From: Granulicella sp.
GTDB lineage: Bacteria > Acidobacteriota > Terriglobia > Terriglobales > Acidobacteriaceae
Reading direction: 5' to 3'
Length of the DNA stretch: 31,390 bases
Assembly (NCBI GenBank): GCA_027339965.1
Contig: DAHWNL010000027.1
Location: 1-31,390, forward strand
Below are positions 17,607-27,562 of the stretch, piece by piece. Positions within the stretch are counted from its first letter, which is position 1; every line of letters starts with the position of its first letter. The position numbers and the translations under genes are program-made. The notes beneath the pieces were generated by a model. The model was given only the letters and a program-made list of their open reading frames with translations. It did no database searches and had not been told where the DNA came from.

Positions 17607-18080
17607 CTACTCGCCGTAGCGGGTCTCCTTGCGGATGCGCTCTCGCAGAGCAGCGCCGGCCTGGGAGGGGAGATTGTCGGCCGCAGAGGCGAGTTGAGCG
17701 TGCCGCTTTTTCCACAGGCGCAACAGGACAAGGACGAGCACGATGCCCAGCAGCAGAAAGGCGAAGGGGCCAACCCAGGCGACATCATCAAAGCCGCCAC
17801 GCACCGGCTCCGCCAGCACGGTGGGGCCGTACTTGGCGACGAAGAACTTGAAGATGTCGGCATCGGAAGCTCCCGTGTTGAGCTGGGCGCGAAGGTCGGC
17901 GATCTCCCTTGTGGAGTTGGGGCAGCCCACGTGGTTACACTCCAGCAGGATCTCACTGCAGCCACAGGTACACATCAGGTCATGGCCCAGGCGCTGGAAG
18001 CGCGCCGAAGGTGAAGTGGCGCCAAGCATGGTAAAGGCGACAAAGACGACCATCAGAAGCTGCAGGGAGCGCCTATACAT
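17607..18080 (-). CDS. ccmH: Cytochrome c-type biogenesis protein CcmH/CycL-like
   Basis: Signal/TM segment, L-M-C motif, IFKFFVAKYGPTVLAEP, a TM segment starting at W. Overlaps the ccmF stop. Confidence 0.85.
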   Translation of the reverse strand: MYRRSLQLLMVVFVAFTMLGATSPSARFQRLGHDLMCTCGCSEILLECNHVGCPNSTREIADLRAQLNTGASDADIFKFFVAKYGPTVLAEPVRGGFDDVAWVGPFAFLLLGIVLVLVLLRLWKKRHAQLASAADNLPSQAGAALRERIRKETRYGE

Positions 18081-20211
18081 GAGGGCCCTCGGGGGATCTC
18101 AAGGGTGAGGGTGTCCTCTGCAGGTTCCCGCCGAGCGCCAGATCCGGCGGGGCGGAGAAGGCCACCTCCAAGCGTTGCTCAGGGGGTTTGAGTTTGGGAA
18201 CCAGGGCGACGAAGGTGCCGAAGACCACGACGACCAGCCCCATCCAGATCCAGTTGACCAGCGGATTGATGAAAAACTTGATGATGGGTCGGTCATTGTC
18301 CGGATTGGTGCCTTCGAAGACCACGTAAAGGTCATTCTCCAGCGTGGAGTGAATGGCCACGACCGTGGACGGCTGAGCGTGGTCTGTATTGACAAAATAA
18401 ACGCGCCGTTCCGGCGCCAGGCGCACAATCTTCTTGCCGTTATGGAAGACGTCCAGCAAGGCGAACTGGGAGTCGTAGCTGGGGTTGGAATCTTCCGAGT
18501 AAGACTGACAGACGATCCTGTAACCGTCCAGAGAGATCGAATCACCGAAGCTCATCTCAGCCTCTTTGGACTGGTTGAAGGCGGAGCCGGCCAAACCGAT
18601 GAACATAAGGACCACGCCAAAGTGAACCAGATAGCCGCCATAGCGCCGTGTATTTCTCCGGGTGAGCAGGAAGGTGGACTGGATCAGATTCTTGCCGGTC
18701 TGCGTTCTGACGACGTTGGCGCCGCGCAGAAACTCGGCTGCAATCGCGGTAATCACCCCGACACTGAGCGAGATGCATACCAGGGCATAGATGTTGGAGG
18801 CGACCGCGCCGTACGCCCGTGTGGCGCTGGACCATGGACGCACCCCCGCAAGAACCAGGACGATCGCGGTAACGATAATGGAGATGCACGGGATGATGAA
18901 GTTGCGGCGGATGGCGCGCAACGAGGTGGATCGCCAGGCCAGTAACGGACCTACTCCGGTCAGGAAGAGAAGGAAGATGCCGATGGGAACAGCTACCCGG
19001 TTGTAAAAGGGAGCTCCCATGGTGACCTTGGAACCCTGAACATACTCAGAGAGCACCGGGAACAGCGTACCCCAGAGCACGGTGAAGCAGGCCGCCAGCA
19101 GGACGAGGTTATTGAACAGGAAGGAACTCTCTCGGGAGACCAGCGATTCCAGATGGTTTTCCGCGCGCAGATGGTCGCGATGATAGAGAAAGGTGAAGAT
19201 GCAGACCGCCGTAACGATGACCAGGAACCAGATAAACCAGTTGCCGATGGAGCTTTGCGCAAAGGCATGCACGGAGCTCACCAGTCCGGAGCGCGTCAGT
19301 AAGGTCCCCAGGATCGTGAGCATGAAGGTTACGAAGATCAACCATACGTTCCAGGTTTTCATCATGCCACGCTTCTCCTGCATCATCACTGAGTGCAGGA
19401 AGGCGGTTCCGGTAAGCCACGGCATCAGGGATGCATTCTCCACCGGGTCCCATCCCCAGTATCCGCCCCACCCCAGGACAGCGTAGGCCCAGTGCATTCC
19501 GAGAAGAATGCCGCAGGTAAGAAACAACCAGGTAACCATCGTCCAGCGGCGTGTAATCGCGATCCACTTCTCGCCCGGGTAGCGCATCATCAGCGCCCCC
19601 AACGCAAAAGCGAAGGGAACGGAGAAGCCAACGTAGCCGAGATAGAGCATGGGGGGATGGATGACCATCTCTGCATACTGGAGCAGCGGATTGAGGCCGA
19701 ATCCGTCTGCCGGCGCCACGCCTCCCGGAACGATGGCGAAGGGCGGTGCGGCAAAGACCACTAGCAGCAGGAAGAAGATTTGGACGCCGGCCAGAATGGT
19801 GGAGGCGTAAGCGTGCAGAGTGATGTCTCTCTTGTGGCGCAGGCGCAGGATGAAGCCGTAGCCGGTGAGCAGCCATGCCCACAGGAGCAGGGAACCCTCC
19901 TGCCCCGACCAGAGCGCAGAGAACTTGTAGTACCAGGCAAGATCGCGGCTGGTGTGATGGAGGATGTAGTCGACGGAGAAGTCGTTGGTAAAGGCTGCCC
20001 AGATCAGAGCAAAGGCGGCGCAAGAGACGGCGATGAAGCTGGCGATCCCCGCGCGTCGAGAAGTTTCACGAATGCGTTCCGGAGCCACGGCAAGAGCTCG
20101 TCCACCGGCAATGGCCCACAAAGAGAAACCACCTGCCAGAAACGCATAAATAGAGAGCCCCAGAGCCAGGAGAAGAGAGGCGCTGCCAAAAAACGGCATA
20201 GGGTGGGACAT
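18073..20211 (-). CDS. ccmF: Heme lyase CcmF/NrfE
   Basis: WSGQEGSLLLW, GLNPLLQ, HPPMLYLGY, WWD domain WAYAVLGWGGYWGWDPVENAS, TRSG..SSVHAFA, NPLVNWIW. Confidence 0.97.
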   Translation of the reverse strand: MSHPMPFFGSASLLLALGLSIYAFLAGGFSLWAIAGGRALAVAPERIRETSRRAGIASFIAVSCAAFALIWAAFTNDFSVDYILHHTSRDLAWYYKFSALWSGQEGSLLLWAWLLTGYGFILRLRHKRDITLHAYASTILAGVQIFFLLLVVFAAPPFAIVPGGVAPADGFGLNPLLQYAEMVIHPPMLYLGYVGFSVPFAFALGALMMRYPGEKWIAITRRWTMVTWLFLTCGILLGMHWAYAVLGWGGYWGWDPVENASLMPWLTGTAFLHSVMMQEKRGMMKTWNVWLIFVTFMLTILGTLLTRSGLVSSVHAFAQSSIGNWFIWFLVIVTAVCIFTFLYHRDHLRAENHLESLVSRESSFLFNNLVLLAACFTVLWGTLFPVLSEYVQGSKVTMGAPFYNRVAVPIGIFLLFLTGVGPLLAWRSTSLRAIRRNFIIPCISIIVTAIVLVLAGVRPWSSATRAYGAVASNIYALVCISLSVGVITAIAAEFLRGANVVRTQTGKNLIQSTFLLTRRNTRRYGGYLVHFGVVLMFIGLAGSAFNQSKEAEMSFGDSISLDGYRIVCQSYSEDSNPSYDSQFALLDVFHNGKKIVRLAPERRVYFVNTDHAQPSTVVAIHSTLENDLYVVFEGTNPDNDRPIIKFFINPLVNWIWMGLVVVVFGTFVALVPKLKPPEQRLEVAFSAPPDLALGGNLQRTPSPLRSPEGPHV

Positions 20212-20429
20212 GGATGGACACTTCCTTCAATATCTATTCTCTCAGAATCCGCACAGGTACGGAATACGTCCAGGGACGGACTCGTAGGCCCAGGGACAGA
20301 ATAGAGTTCGGTGGTGTCCCGGATCGTGATTGAGGTCACTGCAGAGGATCCATGGCTGAATGGGGCCATGATCCGCTGTGTTGCAGCTATGGCGCCCGTG
20401 GATGGAAATTGCCGGTTGCGGCCTGGCAG

Positions 20430-20813
20430 TCACGTCGCCGCCGAGCCATGCAATTCAAGCAGAGCCTGAATCCGGCAAAGAAGGTTCTCCGGAAGCAGAG
20501 GCTTCACGAGGAAGTCCACATTCAAGTCTTCATACTCTTCTTGCGCTTCGGCCAGGCCACTGATGACCAGCACGGGGAGGTCAGGAGCGAAGATCCGCAA
20601 CTGGGTGACGAACTCCGAGCCGTTAATGATCGGCATAATGTGATCCGTAATGACCAGGTCGATGTCACCGGGCAGATTCTGACGGCGAAGCTGCTCAAGG
20701 GCCCGTTCCGGGCTGAGAACAGCGATCACAGCGTAGCCGGCTCTCTGGAGAATGGTCTGGCGGGTCGCAGCCTGGATGGGATTGTCGTCGATGAGGAGCA
20801 GAGTGTGAGGCAT
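20430..20813 (-). CDS. Single-domain response regulator (CheY-like receiver)
   Basis: LLLIDD, phosphoacceptor LVITD..MP..NG, VISG, and KP. Confidence 0.9.
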   Translation of the reverse strand: MPHTLLLIDDNPIQAATRQTILQRAGYAVIAVLSPERALEQLRRQNLPGDIDLVITDHIMPIINGSEFVTQLRIFAPDLPVLVISGLAEAQEEYEDLNVDFLVKPLLPENLLCRIQALLELHGSAAT

Positions 20814-21193
20814 GGACCTTTCCGAATCTTGGTGGGAACTTCAATGCAGTGCCGGAGCCATCGGGCTCCTGGCGTTCAAAAGGCTGACTTCACCGGGCGA
20901 GAACACAGGGTAGAACGATGAGCAACCCGCGACGCCCGGCATGGGCGGCTGACCTTGCTGGCTAGCTCTCGGAGGTTTGGGTTTGGTACGTGGGAGAGAA
21001 ACCAACGAGCGGTTGAGATGCGGACAACTTCCTTTCAGGTTGTTCCTGGTGGGTGTCTTCCGTCAGGACAAAGGCAAATTGCTTCAGAATGCTCCAACTG
21101 CTCGATCCTGCCTCCTTGTCTTCGGCTGCCAGAGCGGGAGCGGCAAGAAGGTTCTTTACACGGACGATGCAAGCGCCTTGCAATAATGAGAGC

Positions 21194-23707
21194 ATGGCTC
21201 GTCGCGTGATAAAGCAATATGAGTTCCTGCGCAAGATTGGCTCAGGCGGAAGTGGAGTGGTGTTTCTGGCCAACGACACGCTGCTGCAGCGGCCGGTAGT
21301 GCTGAAACTGCTACGGCGCGGAACCCAGACGCCCGAACAGGTGCGAGCCACCCAACTGCGGGAGGCGCGAATGGCCTCCGCGCTGGACCACCCCAACGTC
21401 TGCGCGATCTACGAAGCAGGCGAGGAAGAGAACGAAGCCTATATCGTGATGCAGTATGTGCCGGGCAAGAGCCTGGACAAGGTCATCGCGGAGGGGCCGG
21501 CGAGCGTGCAACTGGTGCTCTCCAGCGGAATGCAGATGGCCGACGGTCTCTCCGCGGCCCATGCCCTGGGAATCTTCCATCGCGATCTGAAGCCAGCCAA
21601 CGTGATGCTGACCGATGGCGGCCTGATCAAGATTCTGGACTTTGGCCTGGCGCGGCAGTTGAAGCGCGATCATGTAGACTTCGATCCCACGCTGGCAACA
21701 CAGCCAGTGACGCCGGCCCTGGCCGGAGCGACCTATACGGCGCGCGGCGGAACCATTGCCTACATGGCTCCAGAACAGTTTGTGACCGGGCAGTCGAGCG
21801 TGCAGAGCGACATCTTTGCTCTGGGGCTGATTCTCTATGAGATGGTCAGTGGTCGCCATCCCTTTCATCGGCCTGATGCGCAGGAGATCCAGAGCATCCG
21901 TGCGATTCAGTATGCGGTGCCTCCCCCGCTGCGGGAGATTGTGCCCGACATTCCGGTAGAGTTGGAGAGTGTAATTCTGCGTTGTCTGGAGAAGCAGCCC
22001 GCGGAGCGTTACGCCTCGGCTGGAGAGCTGCGAGAGGGACTGAAGACAATTGTGAAGTCTTTGCAGTTGGATACCATGCTGACTCCCGGCGAGGGCGCTA
22101 TCCAGATGGCATTGGCGCAACGGCTGGACATGGAGCGGCCGGAGGAGGAGAAACGGACGACAGGGGTCCTTTCGATGCTGGCGGAGCGGTTTCGGGACAG
22201 CGCATCGGCCACCGTCTTCAAGGGGCCGAATATCGTCGTGCTCCCTTTTACGAACCTGGGTTCCGGCGCAACAGAGCCCGGTGAGACCGGGCTGCTCCCC
22301 ACCCGCGATGCCGGGCGGTTTTACGGCCATGCTCTTGCAGATGCTCTGGCCGCCCGATTGGCCAAGGTGCCATCCCTGGTAGTGCGGCCATCCAGTATTT
22401 TGATGGAGATACCAGCGCGCCAGCTCGATCCTCTGAGCATTGGTCGGAAGCTGATGGTGGACTTTGTTTTGGCGGGAAGTTTTCTGCGCGGACGGAGCGG
22501 CTTTGACCTCAATTGGCAACTGTTGGATATCAAGAGACAGAGCGTACGGACGGGCGGAGCCATCCGGGTGGCGAGCTTTGACCTGATCGCCGTCCAGACC
22601 GAGATCTGCGATGAGGTCTTCGCTGAACTCAATGGATTTGGAGGACTGCAAGTCGGTTCCCCGGGACCGGCCAGTGTGCCTTCACTTGGCGCTTCGGTCT
22701 CCGAAGAGTATCTGCAGGCGCGCGCGCTGCTGAGCTCGTTTATGTCGCGCACCGGCAACAGAGATGAATTAGATCGGGCCAGAGATCTCTTTGAGCGGGT
22801 TGTGCGGCAGGACCCCAAATACGCTCCGGGATGGTCCGGCCGCGGGATCACGCAACTGCAGTACGCGCGCCATGGTCTGGGTGGGCAGATGCATATTCTG
22901 GAGGCACGCCGATCTTTCGATCGCGCGCTGGAGCGCGACCCATCTTCCGTGGAAGCGAATCTCTACCGGGTGTACATGCTGCTGAGCCGCGGTGAAAAGG
23001 AGAGTGCGCGGCATGGAATTGAGCGCCTGCTGCAGTCGGCAGCCAATGACTGGAACGTACACCTTGTGGCCGGGTTAACCCTGCGCATGGATGGACTCTA
23101 TGAGGAGGCGCTGAACCAGTTTCACACCGCGTTGCAGCTCAATCCCTCCAATGCGGCACTGATCTACAACCATCGGGCGCGCGTGTATCAGTACCAGAAT
23201 CAGCTTGAGCTGGCGGGTGATGAGATCGAGAAGGGATTGACCCTGGAGCCGCGCCAGCCGCTGCTGCGAATCTCCAAAGGTTATCAGCAGATGCGTCTGG
23301 GACATCTGGAGAAGGCGATTCAGACCCTGGAGCAGGTCACCCGGGATGACTCGACGTTACGAATCGTCTTCCCCACCATTGCAATGTGTTACGTGCAGTT
23401 AGGCGACCGCAACCGCGCAGCCGAGTTCATTTTGGAAGAGACGCTGGCGGCGGCGGAGGCCGATAGTGAGATGGCCTACCGTCTGGCTACATACTTTGCC
23501 GTCGAGGGGGACGCATCGGAGGCGTTGCATTGGCTGCGCCGCGCCATCTATCTGGGCAATGAGAACTATCCTTGGTTCAGCATCAATCCTGCCTGGCGCG
23601 GGATGGCGGAGAATCCGGACTTTCAGCGCTCGCTGGAAGATTTGAAAAAGAGTTTCAAACGAAATCAGAAGAATTGGACACGCTTGCTCTCACAGGTGGT
23701 GAGTTGA
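21194..23707 (+). CDS. Hanks-type Ser/Thr protein kinase with C-terminal TPR region
   Basis: GSGGSG, VVLK, HPNV, HRDLKPAN, DFG, GTIAYMAPE, DIFALG, then an IVVLPFTN domain and TPR-like helices. No TM segment. Start ATG 21194 (MARRVIK). Confidence 0.93.
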   Translation: MARRVIKQYEFLRKIGSGGSGVVFLANDTLLQRPVVLKLLRRGTQTPEQVRATQLREARMASALDHPNVCAIYEAGEEENEAYIVMQYVPGKSLDKVIAEGPASVQLVLSSGMQMADGLSAAHALGIFHRDLKPANVMLTDGGLIKILDFGLARQLKRDHVDFDPTLATQPVTPALAGATYTARGGTIAYMAPEQFVTGQSSVQSDIFALGLILYEMVSGRHPFHRPDAQEIQSIRAIQYAVPPPLREIVPDIPVELESVILRCLEKQPAERYASAGELREGLKTIVKSLQLDTMLTPGEGAIQMALAQRLDMERPEEEKRTTGVLSMLAERFRDSASATVFKGPNIVVLPFTNLGSGATEPGETGLLPTRDAGRFYGHALADALAARLAKVPSLVVRPSSILMEIPARQLDPLSIGRKLMVDFVLAGSFLRGRSGFDLNWQLLDIKRQSVRTGGAIRVASFDLIAVQTEICDEVFAELNGFGGLQVGSPGPASVPSLGASVSEEYLQARALLSSFMSRTGNRDELDRARDLFERVVRQDPKYAPGWSGRGITQLQYARHGLGGQMHILEARRSFDRALERDPSSVEANLYRVYMLLSRGEKESARHGIERLLQSAANDWNVHLVAGLTLRMDGLYEEALNQFHTALQLNPSNAALIYNHRARVYQYQNQLELAGDEIEKGLTLEPRQPLLRISKGYQQMRLGHLEKAIQTLEQVTRDDSTLRIVFPTIAMCYVQLGDRNRAAEFILEETLAAAEADSEMAYRLATYFAVEGDASEALHWLRRAIYLGNENYPWFSINPAWRGMAENPDFQRSLEDLKKSFKRNQKNWTRLLSQVVS

Positions 23708-23841
23708 TCTTTTCGAATTTCCACGAGTTTTGCCGTCCGGCAAACTCGCTGCTCCCATAACAGCAGCACGCAATATCACCTGCGGCATTTTGCGGAACCC
23801 ATCGGTCGGCGGGTGCGCAGCACCGTTGCTGGGGGATGCGC

Positions 23842-24762
23842 TTACCGGGAGGCAGCGCTGACTTGGGCGGCAGAGGGATAAAGATGCAAGGGCGTGTCAA
23901 GGGTGAAGACGATCGGCGTACCGCCGGGAAGTTCCTGCCGGCGGTCATGCTTGAGCCACCAGATGGTCACAGCGCCTGCGCCCACGCCCAGTCCAACTAA
24001 CGCGCCAACGCCGCCCGCAATCATGGCGCCGGCCACCAGGGTGCTGGTGGTGGCCAGACCTACTGCCGCGGCCGTCTGTCCAGGGTGGGTATTGTTTACG
24101 ATGGTTCCTTCAGAGTCGACATGGGATTCCGCGTAGCGATCCAGGTCCGTGACCTCAGCGCGCAGGGGATAGACCGTGCCATCGGGCAGACTGATCGAGT
24201 TCGGCTGCAGGCGGATGCCGGCCGGACCGCCAAGGGCACTGCCGCCACGGATGTGTGAGACTTGGCCGTAGACGGTGCTGCCAGCGGGGAGCAGAACCAC
24301 TCCGTTGTAACTGACGTCGGCCTTGAGGCGGGCGGTGAAGCGTGATCCGGGTTGCGTGGTTTGCGTGGAGATGGGCTCCTGAAGTATGGCATTCAACGGG
24401 GTGCCGATGGGTAGTTCATTCGGGCCGACGGGGACCGAAGTGACGACCTCTCCATCAGGATCCGCAGCCGCGCCTTCAGATGAACTCTGTGCGGATGAGG
24501 GATTCAGAGTCTGCTGGTACTGTGGCACTCGCTGGTACAGCGCTGGAGCCGTCTGGGCTGGGGTGGCGGGGTTTCCAGAGGCGGTCGCTTGTCCGGAAGA
24601 AACTTGTCCGGGAGGAACATAGTGTGAGCCATCCTGAGTGAGCACCGGTTGCGTGTCGTCCATCTCATCCGGGTGAGAGATACCCGTCATCTGAGCGAGC
24701 AGCGGTGCACTCAGTAGAGCGAGAACTCCAGCAGTGAGCAGAAGGGATAGCTTCTTCTTCAT
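23842..24762 (-). CDS. Secreted hypothetical protein (TrbI/VirB10-like beta domain, glycine-rich hydrophobic segment)
   Basis: Signal peptide MKKKLSLLLTAGVLALLSAPLLA, repeated LPxGT/S beta motifs, and GAMIAGGVGALVGLGVGAG. Confidence 0.7.
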   Translation of the reverse strand: MKKKLSLLLTAGVLALLSAPLLAQMTGISHPDEMDDTQPVLTQDGSHYVPPGQVSSGQATASGNPATPAQTAPALYQRVPQYQQTLNPSSAQSSSEGAAADPDGEVVTSVPVGPNELPIGTPLNAILQEPISTQTTQPGSRFTARLKADVSYNGVVLLPAGSTVYGQVSHIRGGSALGGPAGIRLQPNSISLPDGTVYPLRAEVTDLDRYAESHVDSEGTIVNNTHPGQTAAAVGLATTSTLVAGAMIAGGVGALVGLGVGAGAVTIWWLKHDRRQELPGGTPIVFTLDTPLHLYPSAAQVSAASR

Positions 24763-24989
24763 CGAGTTTCTCCAGAGAGACCTATCGGCTGATGCCCTGC
24801 GCCAGAGATACTATTGGGCTTGGCTCAGTCTTATTCCGTCTGCACGGACAGCTTAAAGATAAATGGGTGGATCAGGATCTGGTGGCGGAAGGAATCAAGA
24901 TTGATTCCGCGCAGACCGGAGTGGGAGATCTGCTTCAACACCATCGTCGCGGCCATGTAACCTCAGGACGGTCACGACGCCCAATGGCG

Positions 24990-26156
24990 CTAGATGCTCC
25001 GTCCGCGCCTCTTCCTGGTTTGGCTGTTGCCAAGAACCTGCTGATAGTAGCTCTCGTAGAGCGGGATGATGCTCGAAGCGGAGAACTCTTTCTCGGCTGT
25101 GGCGCGGGCGGCGCTGGCAAGGCGGTCGAGCAGCGCCGGGTCGCTCAGGATGGAAATAGCCCCCGCGGCCATGCTTTCAACGTCGCCCACCGGGAAGAGC
25201 CGGCCATTGACGCCATCCTCGATGAGTTCCGGCAGGCCCCCGACTCGGGTGGAGATGGCAGGAACCCGGCAGGCCATCGCTTCCAGAGCGGCCAAACCGA
25301 AGGATTCCATCTCGCTGGGCAGGATCATCAGGTCGCACAGGGCGATGAGTTGGTTTACATTCTCCTGCTTGCCCACGAAGTCAACGCGGTCGGCTACGCC
25401 GAGGCGTGAGGCGAGGAACTCCGCTGCGGAACGGTCTGGACCATCCCCGATCATCAACAGCCGCGAAGGAAGCGCACGGGAGACCTGGGCAAAGACCTGG
25501 ATCACGTCCAGCACCCGTTTCACAGGGCGAAAGTTGGAGAGGTGCACCAGCAGCTTCTCGTGGGCATCTGCGTAGCGGGGACGCTGTTGTCGGACCAGAT
25601 CCGGATCGCGTCTGTAAAAGTTGCAGTTGACAAAGTTGCGAATCACCTCGATCTCACGCGTGATTCCCAGGTTTTCCCGGGTGCGCTCGCGTAAATGGGA
25701 AGAGATGGCGGTCAGGCCGTCTGACTCGTCGATACCGAACTTGGTGATGGGGAGATAGGACCTGTCAAGGCCAACCAGCGTGATGTCGGTTCCATGCAGC
25801 GTGGTGATGAACGGCAGATCCCGGCCTCTGCTGGCGAGCATCTGGCGGGCAAGAAGGGCGCTTATAGAGTGGGGAATAGCGTAGTGGACATGGAGCAGAT
25901 CCAGGCTGTGCAGTTCGGCAGCCTCCGCCATGCAGGTGGCCAGGGCAAGATCGTAGGGCGGGTATTCGAACAGAGGATAGTTCGAGACCGGCACCTCATG
26001 GTAGCGGATGTTCGCATCGCGGCCGGCCAACCGGAAAGGTTGCGAGTAGGTAATGAAGTGAATCTCGTGGCCGCGATTGGCAAGCTCAATCCCCAGTTCC
26101 GTCGCAACCACTCCGGAGCCGCCGTAGGTTGGGTAGCAGGTGATGCCGATCTTCAT
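24990..26156 (-). CDS. bshA: N-acetyl-alpha-D-glucosaminyl L-malate synthase (GT4)
   Basis: MKIGITCYPTYGGSGVVATELG, HVHYAIPH, TTLHGTDITLVG, SNFRPVKR, ESFGLAALEAMA. Confidence 0.93.
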   Translation of the reverse strand: MKIGITCYPTYGGSGVVATELGIELANRGHEIHFITYSQPFRLAGRDANIRYHEVPVSNYPLFEYPPYDLALATCMAEAAELHSLDLLHVHYAIPHSISALLARQMLASRGRDLPFITTLHGTDITLVGLDRSYLPITKFGIDESDGLTAISSHLRERTRENLGITREIEVIRNFVNCNFYRRDPDLVRQQRPRYADAHEKLLVHLSNFRPVKRVLDVIQVFAQVSRALPSRLLMIGDGPDRSAAEFLASRLGVADRVDFVGKQENVNQLIALCDLMILPSEMESFGLAALEAMACRVPAISTRVGGLPELIEDGVNGRLFPVGDVESMAAGAISILSDPALLDRLASAARATAEKEFSASSIIPLYESYYQQVLGNSQTRKRRGRSI

Positions 26157-26390
26157 CTTGTGTCCGATCTGTGGTCCGTCAGGGAGCACCTCTTCTCACC
26201 GGTGGTAGGGAAGCAACGAACTCCGGGGCTCGTCTGGAGCGCAGCATCATGGTGCGATCCTACATAGAATTCCGCGGATGCAACCGCGATTCGCGCAGGG
26301 CGCAGTTCAAAGCTTCGGACTACCCTTCTCCGAGTTGCGGAGCGGAGATTTTTGTCTCTGGCGTTGGAACAGGGGCGTCGAAACTCCGCG

Positions 26391-27281
26391 TCAGAGTTCA
26401 CTTCTCTCGGGCGATTGGGACCGGTCAAAATCACCAAAGGCTTCCCCATAATGGATGAGCTGAGGTGGCTGAGGATGCAGCAAGATTCCAGAAACTTCAC
26501 CCAGCAGGGCTTGACGTTCGATCTCTCGATGTCCCCGCAACCGGGTGGCGACCGCCTGCAGGTCTTGATCGTTATAGCCCGGGTGGCAAACAAGCTCAAA
26601 GGTGCCATGGGTGGGAATTTGCTGGAGCAGGGCGCGCAGTTCGACGGCGTTCAGGCTGCCGGTGGCGGAGATGCCGAAGGTTCCGTCGGTGGTGAGGCCC
26701 GGCGGGATGACGCGCTGGAAGCCGGCGCGGAACTGGCTGAGAAGGAAAATTTGCAGACGACGCTTCAGGCGCGCCTGCATTCGGCTGTGCGCCGGTTCAA
26801 ACGGGTTGCGCAACGCCGCCACAGAGGTGGTCTGCATTACGCGAAGAAGAGCGCGCGCAACCGGCGGAAAGACGTGGGTATGCTTGTGCGTGTCCAGGTG
26901 GGTTACGCGGATGCCGGCTCTCTGAATCTTGCGAACTTGGGCCAGAGTCTCGCGTTCAATCTCCTCCCGGCGGATCCTCCCTAGCAGAAGATCACGGAGA
27001 AAGTGGGTCAGCTTGGGACGAAAGCTCTTTCCATCGGCGCCAAGCAGAGTTGGGATTGTCTCCGGTGAGGATACAGGAACCCCATCGGTGAGCACGACGT
27101 GGCAACCGACGCCGAGGCGAGGAAGGGCCAGTGCGATGCGGACGGCGTCGTCAAAGGCGGGCCCGCCGGCCATCAGCGAGGCCGAGGTGAGGGCGCCGGC
27201 CAGATGCAGTTCGGCTACGGCGCGGTTGATGCCGGGAGTGAGGCCAAAGTCGTCAGCGTTGAGAATCAGGCGCGCGGGCAC
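26391..27281 (-). CDS. ChbG/HpnK (YdjC-family) carbohydrate deacetylase
   Basis: LILNADDFG, GVGCHVVL, THLDTHKHTH, ELVCHPG. GTG start just downstream of tRNA-Val. Confidence 0.88.
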   Translation of the reverse strand: MPARLILNADDFGLTPGINRAVAELHLAGALTSASLMAGGPAFDDAVRIALALPRLGVGCHVVLTDGVPVSSPETIPTLLGADGKSFRPKLTHFLRDLLLGRIRREEIERETLAQVRKIQRAGIRVTHLDTHKHTHVFPPVARALLRVMQTTSVAALRNPFEPAHSRMQARLKRRLQIFLLSQFRAGFQRVIPPGLTTDGTFGISATGSLNAVELRALLQQIPTHGTFELVCHPGYNDQDLQAVATRLRGHREIERQALLGEVSGILLHPQPPQLIHYGEAFGDFDRSQSPERSEL

Positions 27282-27307
27282 GAAGATGGGTGTTGTATCC
27301 AGAAAAA

Positions 27308-27384
<77 letters not shown>

Positions 27385-27404
27385 ACTTCCCGGGCATGAC
27401 CCTC

Positions 27405-27434
27405 AGTGTAGGCGATCAGCGCATCCTCAGGCAA
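27405..27434 (-). promoter_or_regulatory. Candidate sigma70 promoter for tRNA-Val
   Basis: Minus strand TTGCCT-N18-TACACT, 20 nt upstream of the tRNA. Confidence 0.55.
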
Positions 27435-27562
27435 TCGCGCGGGTTCTACGATGGCTGGCTCGGGATCCGCGGGTGCGCGCGCGGTTGGGGAGCGAGGGCG
27501 GAAGGCTCTATGATGAAAGTTGCATGGGATCAAGCCATGCAGCGGGAGCCAAGGTGCGTGCG

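Noticed and set aside
21311..22651. Long antisense ORFs (e.g. 21311..22651, 9460..10419, 3791..4723, 2589..3377)
   Set aside because: Shadow frames of well-supported genes, expected in GC-rich DNA, with no domain motifs.
23842..24762. VirB10-like protein as evidence of a type IV secretion system
   Set aside because: No other vir/trb genes nearby, and the resemblance is limited to a generic beta domain.
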